Positions 42,694-42,813 of a stretch of 42,813 bases of DNA are shown one piece after another (the stretch's first letter is position 1; each line of letters starts with the position of its first letter). Origin of the DNA: Actinomycetales bacterium (GTDB lineage: Bacteria > Actinomycetota > Actinomycetes > Actinomycetales > JAHECE01); the NCBI GenBank assembly GCA_024641895.1, contig JAHECE010000001.1, positions 1-42,813 on the forward strand, read 5' to 3'. A model generated the notes under the pieces. It was given only the letters and a program-made list of their open reading frames with translations, had not been told where the DNA came from and made no database searches. Position numbers and translations under genes: made by a program.

Positions 42694-42725
42694 CCCCACA
42701 TTACTCCACTTCCCTCCACAGTCAA
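42694..42725 (-). promoter_or_regulatory. candidate dcw (mraZ) promoter overlapped by three phased GTGG(A/G)G boxes (putative MraZ operator)
   Basis: On the minus strand: TTGACT (42725-42720), a 16-nt spacer, then TAATGT (42703-42698). Boxes GTGGAG (42719-14), GTGGAG (42709-04) and GTGGGG (42699-94) are spaced exactly 10 bp apart. Confidence 0.55.
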
Positions 42726-42780
42726 CGCACCCGAGGGCGCGATTCGGCCAGAGAGCGGATGTTGTGCCAGTTCAGAAGGG

Positions 42781-42796
42781 GTGGAGCGAAGTGGAG
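42781..42796 (+). promoter_or_regulatory. distal pair of GTGGAG boxes in the opposite orientation
   Basis: GTGGAGCGAAGTGGAG on the plus strand matches 15 of 16 positions of the promoter-proximal minus-strand GTGGAGGGAAGTGGAG. Confidence 0.4.
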
Positions 42797-42813
42797 GCCG
42801 CCGAGAGCGCGAA

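Overview
This is a very GC-rich actinobacterial core-chromosome segment (gene content and synteny look Micrococcales/Cellulomonas-like), and it is almost fully coding.

Gene order, left to right:
- A partial secreted S1 protease (-).
- A GerW/YtfJ protein (+).
- SseB, priA and hisH (-).
- A translationally coupled plus-strand sulfur-assimilation operon: sir-cysH-cysD-cysN, three ABC transporter genes, and cysG.
- fdxA, an orphan ORF, hisB and hisC (-).
- A RecQ-family helicase with a PRTase/ComF-like tail (+).
- hisD, dnaE, rluD, lspA, divIVA, yggT, sepF and pgeF (-).
- The complete dcw cluster on the minus strand (ftsZ, ftsQ, murC, murG, ftsW, murD, mraY, murF, murE, ftsI, ftsL, rsmH, mraZ) with its promoter at the right edge.

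I saw no rRNA, tRNA, CRISPR, transposase or integrase, and I do not see an obvious novel multi-gene system such as a defence island.

The observations most worth a second look:
1. A RecQ+PRTase-like fusion gene sits antiparallel inside the his operon. Its 5-prime end is a perfect 18-bp x5 in-frame tandem repeat that is also G-tract rich.
2. A possible leaderless Cys-codon uORF lies upstream of the sulfite reductase operon.
3. A roughly 10-kb sulfur, siroheme and ferredoxin block splits hisB from hisH.
4. Phased GTGGAG boxes overlap the mraZ promoter, and an inverted distal copy lies further upstream.
5. A structured 170-nt mraZ-rsmH spacer is present.
6. yggS is missing from the ftsZ-divIVA segment.

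Internal start codons were placed by counting residues in the supplied ORF track, so several starts are uncertain by a few codons.
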